From contig NC_045696.1 in the NCBI RefSeq assembly GCF_009834535.1, positions 104,472,001 through 104,536,000 of the forward strand: a DNA stretch of 64,000 bases. The letters are read 5' to 3'. Of this stretch, positions 59,493-64,000 are shown piece after piece. Position 1 is the stretch's first letter. Every line of letters starts with the position of its first letter. The notes beneath the pieces were generated by a model. That model was not told the origin of the DNA. It was given only the letters and a program-made list of their open reading frames with translations, and made no database searches. A program made the translations under genes and the position numbers. Origin of the DNA: Camelus ferus. Taxonomy: Eukaryota.

Positions 59493-62400
59493 CTGGGATG
59501 TGATCTTAATCAGCCAGTCTGGAATTTTCTGGTTGGCCCCAATGAGGTCTCCTGTCACCTGGGCTCTCAATGCCCCTCAAAGGAAGAAGAGGTCACTTGC
59601 ATGGTAGACCCCTGCCCTTCCCCACAAAGGTGACCTGGCCTGGAACATCCTTTCTTTTCTTTTGCTAATAACTTCCTTGCCCCCACCCTCCTTCTATAAA
59701 CACCCTCCATTTTGTACAACTTCTTGGAATTCCAGGTGGAATGCTGCCCCATTCATGAATTACTGAATAAAGCCTATTAGATCTTCAAACTTACTACGTT
59801 GAATTTTGTTTTTTTTTTTAAACAATCCTTTAGAACAAAAAGTTGGTACCCCAATGATGGAATCTTGCACACACTGGCAGGACAGCAAAGGAGGAAACTG
59901 AGGGCAAGGAGCCATCATTTACCATCTTTCTGTCAATAATTGATCTGACTTTTGGAAGGAGCAGAATGAAGCCGGCTGACCCCTGGGGCCTGGGCTTTTT
60001 TTGTCCCTGGCAGGGTGGCAGGCAAGTGGACAGCTGCAGAGGGGATGGGACATGGATACTTGACAAGGCTTAGCAGGGGTCTCTTCTGCCCCACACCTCC
60101 CTGACTGCCAACTTTGTCCCTTACGGGGCGGGGCTGGGGGAGGGTCTCATGGGACTGGCCTGAAAAATCTAACCTCCTTTGCTGCCTAGTACTTTGAACT
60201 GGTTTTGGAATAAATACATGACTTCAGATACTTTTCCAGAAATGCTCCACTTAGTACCCTCAGGAATATTCAGCTTTTTCAGCTGATCTCCCTGCCCCAA
60301 TTTCTGCATCCCGGTCACCATCTATCTGGTTTGCCAAGCAGCCCTTCTTGTTCGAGATCCCCCTCACCACGCCAGGGCATGAAAGCCTCGGGGCTCCCCA
60401 CTGCCCTTGGGGTACCACAGGAGGCCTCCCTCCTGGTCTGGTCCCCATTGGCCTGTCCAGTTTTCTCCCCCATGCCCTGGCCACATCATGCTCTCTCCCA
60501 CCTTCCTGACAGCTGCTCCCTAGTCTGGAATACTCTTCTTGGAGCCAGAACAATTATCCTTCAAGATTTAGCCCAGTACTTCTCCCATAAGGCCCCTGAG
60601 AGGTTAAGTGTCTCTCCTTTGTGTCCACAGGGTTCCCTCCACCAGCACTAGCATCCTCCACTGTTGCCATCATCTCCTGCTATACTATAAGTCCTGGTAG
60701 GTCGTTTTTCCTCTGTATCCCCAGCCTTCAGCACACAGGGGGCCTTCAGTAAAGGGTGAATGAATTCACTCCAGAGTATGTCCCACCATGTAATGTGTAT
60801 GTCAACTTCAGTTATCTCACAATGCAAAAAACTAAGGGAAAATTAATCTCACCCAGCAGCTTTCAGGCTGCTTTTCAACATGAAAATCTTGGATACACCC
60901 TAGTTGTACAGTGATATTTTCTGTGTGACCTTCTTATTCCAAGGGAAAGCCGTGGGCCAGGAACTTCCAGACCCACCCCAGACTTACTAAGTTAGAATCT
61001 GGGTTTTCCAAAGCCTGCCAGGTGCTCAGGTGCACATTCAGATTCGAGAAGCACTCCACTAAAAGACACCCACTTCCTTCCTAATGAAGGTTTGATGTGT
61101 GGCATGGTGGAAACACCAAGGCAATTTGACACACCTGGAGAATTATTCAAGCCCGAAAGAACAGAGCTGGAATGGTTCATTATGTGGCTGCATCTCTGTT
61201 TCTTTCCAGAGTAAATAGGACACCTTGCTGTGAAGGTAAAAGGAGCAGGAATTGGGCCTGAGGGGGAAATTCGGGGAGCTGGCAGTGTGGGGTGCACTGA
61301 TGCTGGGCGGGGTGTAATTGACCATGCTGGGATCACGCTCAGGGATGAGGTGGGCACTCGGAGATGGGATTCTGTTGGGGGCTGGAGTCTGGAAAGCGGA
61401 TTTGATATGGAAACTTCAGATCCAGAATGGCAGGCTGTCTGGTCAGCAACATGTCTGGGAAAGACACGGGAAGGGCCAGCAGGAGAGTCCGCAGCAGTTC
61501 TGTCTGGAGGGGAACTGTTTCGCTTAAAGGGAGAGTGACAGACTGAACTTTGGGGTCTCAGCTGGCAGGAGCAGGTGAGAAATACTGAGAAATACCAAAT
61601 CTGACTTGCAACAATGAAAGGGAAAATGTACTACATAAGTGTGGTGCAGACAATGTTTTCAGCTTGACACATAGAAAGAGCTGGGCCAAGGGTTTATAAA
61701 GACCAATAAAGGAAGGGATAAAGAAAAAAAATAAAAATTTTTTGAAAAGGAAGGGATAAAGAGGGATATGTTTCTCAATATAACATATAACATAACATAA
61801 AAACTACACAAACAAAAACCTCAAACCAGCAACTGAATTGCAAATGCTGCTCTAGAACGCGGTGAGTGGCCCCTGTAAGGACGGGCCCGCAGTGCCATAT
61901 CTGACTGTGTCCACCACTGTTACTGCCCTGTGCCCCTGAGAGCCTCTGAGGCCGCTGCATCCTCTGTGGTGCTCTGATCCATGGATGGACACAGATTCTT
62001 CCCAAAGTCCTCAGAGTACACACCGCCCAGGCGTGGCCATGTATAACCCCTTGGCAGGAGGGAAACGGACACTAAGAACACAGCAAATCCAGATGCCCAG
62101 CATGAAAGGCACAAGCTCTTCTTTAGCACGTGACCTGCCGCAGGTGCGCCTTTATCCTGGTTCCTGACAGAGTCTTCCATCCCATCTCCAAGAATAAGAT
62201 ACCACGAGTGCTCAGAGCTCAGGACAAAATAGAGTTAGTCCTCCCTTCCACTCACACGGGCCTAGTGGGTGCTTTGAGGACCATCTTCTTCTCTGAGCAG
62301 CTGAGAAAGGGAGTGACTTTCCCTTAGGTAAATCTCCTCCTACCCCTGCGGAGTATTCACCTGACCGCCTATTCAGAATCACAATCTCAGAATGCACTGG

Positions 62401-64000
62401 AGAAGACAAGACTCATGTCAGAGCAGGATGCATGTGCCTGGTACCCTGGGGTCATTTTCCTGGATGCAAAACCTTCCTCCCCTTGCTGCCAGCTGAGCCT
62501 CTGATAAACCCAGCTCTGCCATTGATGAGTGATGGTGGTAGGCAAGTTTATGCTTAGGTGAAGGACAGAAAGTTCAGTGAATGCCAAGGGCTGTGAGAAG
62601 TATGGTTCTGCCCAGGGGTGGGGAGTTGGGGGGGCATATCATTTCTAGGAAGACAAGATTCAGCCACAGATAAAAAGACAGAGAATGAAATAGCATAGCC
62701 TGAGTAGATGATGCCTTGGCCAAGGTCTGAAAGGCAGGTGGCAGCAGAGCCAGGGTGTGGATGTCCTTTGTGTGCAGCTCAGTATGGCCAGCATCACCTT
62801 GGCAGAAGCTGCAGTCCTGCACTCCTGGAAGAGGCTATTGTGATGGAAAATAAGGCCAATGCCCAGGGCATCACTGGAGTCTGGGAACAGTCCCTGGTCG
62901 GGCCCTGGGAAAGAAGGGAGGGCTGTAGCTGTGAGCAGGGTCCTTTGCTCCTCCAGGACAGCTCCCTGGGGAGAGGTTGGCTGCAGCAAGGGCTGGAGAC
63001 GGTGCTGATTGGGAGGGAGCACTCCAGTGGGGACAGGAAGCTCCTGAGCGTGATGGATTGCTTTCACTCTGCTGCAATCCCCTCCTGCCTGGAGGGAAAT
63101 GACTTAGAACAGGTACAAGATTTTGAACTGCCAAACTGCGTTTACTTGCTGACTCCTGTTGCTTGTGAGAAGCCAGCTAGGGGAGAAGCCTCTGTTCTCC
63201 TGGGCAATTCTGCCTGGCACGTGCCTGTAGACCCCCATTCACAGCTGGGTCTGAGGGTTTGGGGATCACTGTAGGTTGGAAATCTTCACTGCCAATCCTC
63301 CCCTCCCCCCAACCCCTCCAAGCTTGCTCCCTGTTTCTCCCCAGTCCCCACTCCCTCTGCAAGCCACATCGGCTTCCTGAGATTGTTCACCATGTCCCAA
63401 ATGGCCTCCCCTCTCCCTGCTTCCCTCCCATTCTTCACCCCACATCTGCTTCAAGAAGAGCCAACCCTGTCCCTTAGGAACCTGATGGCCTCTCCCAGAA
63501 AGGGACAGCCTGCTTTATCTGCAGTTAGCAAAAACAAAAAACAAAAAAAGAAACTCAGTAAAACGTGGCTCACTCCAGTTTGCTCTACAAAGCTGGGGGA
63601 GGGTGGCGGACAGGAGACACATCTAGGACCAGTGGTTATGCTCTTCCATGGAGAAAGGTGCCTGCCCAGCTCTGAGGCTGCAGCCTTGGCTGGAGTAGAA
63701 GATAGAACAGGACCTGAGATGGATTGGTCAGAGGTGGGGGTTGCCCAAGTGGAGGAGTAAAGTGGACCAGTATGGTGCAAGGAGGGGAAATTCCTCTCTA
63801 GGTCTGGGAGTGGGGACAGGAATGCCAGGAAGGCACTTTGACCATCGCCACACATATCAGAGAACCCAAGGGACCTGGTTGTGATCTGAAAGCCTGCTGG
63901 GACGATGGCCGGGGAGAGAGACCTGGCTGTCTACAAGAAGTGAGCTGGAGGGAGGAGGGATGTGACGCACAATCCAGTGTCAGCTTCTGCCACCCAAGGC

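Larger units (their letters stand above)
54688..59824 (+). mobile_element. Degenerate ERV1-class (MER4-group-like) provirus with two LTRs, antisense to CLSTN2
   Basis: 5' LTR TGTTAAAGAAGAAAATCACAGGCCC...TTCTAACA; 3' LTR TGTAAAAGAGAAAACCACAGGCCC...TAAACA. PBS follows the 5' LTR, purine tract (agaggggac) precedes the 3' LTR. Flanks ttcc/atcc fit a 4-bp TSD with one mismatch. Gag and env remnants present; no recognisable pol. Confidence 0.9.
58677..59824 (+). mobile_element. 3' LTR of the provirus, interrupted at ~58799-59492
   Basis: Left part 58677-58798 and right part 59493-59824 together reconstitute the 5' LTR sequence. Confidence 0.88.
1..64000 (-). other. CLSTN2: Internal part of the calsyntenin-2 gene (introns plus three coding exons); gene extends beyond both window edges
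   Basis: Three spliceable exons encode contiguous calsyntenin-2 sequence. No start/stop exon, nor the neighbouring exons, recognised inside the window. Confidence 0.9.

Noticed and set aside
62708..63274. 188-aa ORF
   Set aside because: No recognisable protein; region resembles decayed LTR or GC-rich intron; length is compatible with chance.
60000..64000. Search for the preceding CLSTN2 exon (cadherin repeat ending ...CKPGWQ)
   Set aside because: Not found by eye; probably beyond the window end.

Overview
Mammalian genomic DNA, almost certainly camelid (alpaca/llama/camel), judged from a tRNA-derived Vic-1-type SINE and cetartiodactyl-type L1 3' ends. The whole window appears to lie inside the calsyntenin-2 gene (CLSTN2) on the minus strand. 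Three internal coding exons are identifiable with canonical AG/GT boundaries and compatible phases: 36718-36533 (186 nt), 27038-26790 (249 nt) and 19039-18918 (122 nt), probably exons 6-8. The rest is intron, rich in transposable elements (MIR, L2, old and young L1, MaLR/ERVL/ERV1 LTRs, hAT MITEs) and microsatellites. The most structured non-coding object is a ~5.1 kb degenerate ERV1-like provirus (54688-59824) with a perfect tRNA-Leu primer-binding site, gag/env remnants and a three-level nested insertion in its 3' LTR. I found no convincing new biological system. The best leads are retrotransposition oddities (twin-primed L1, poly(A)-only insertion, micro-L1s with TSDs), a local AT-to-GC substitution cluster, a candidate intronic poly(A) site and candidate enhancers. 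Repeat family names come from recalled consensus sequences and need RepeatMasker/Dfam confirmation. Nearly all ORFs in the supplied track are spurious.
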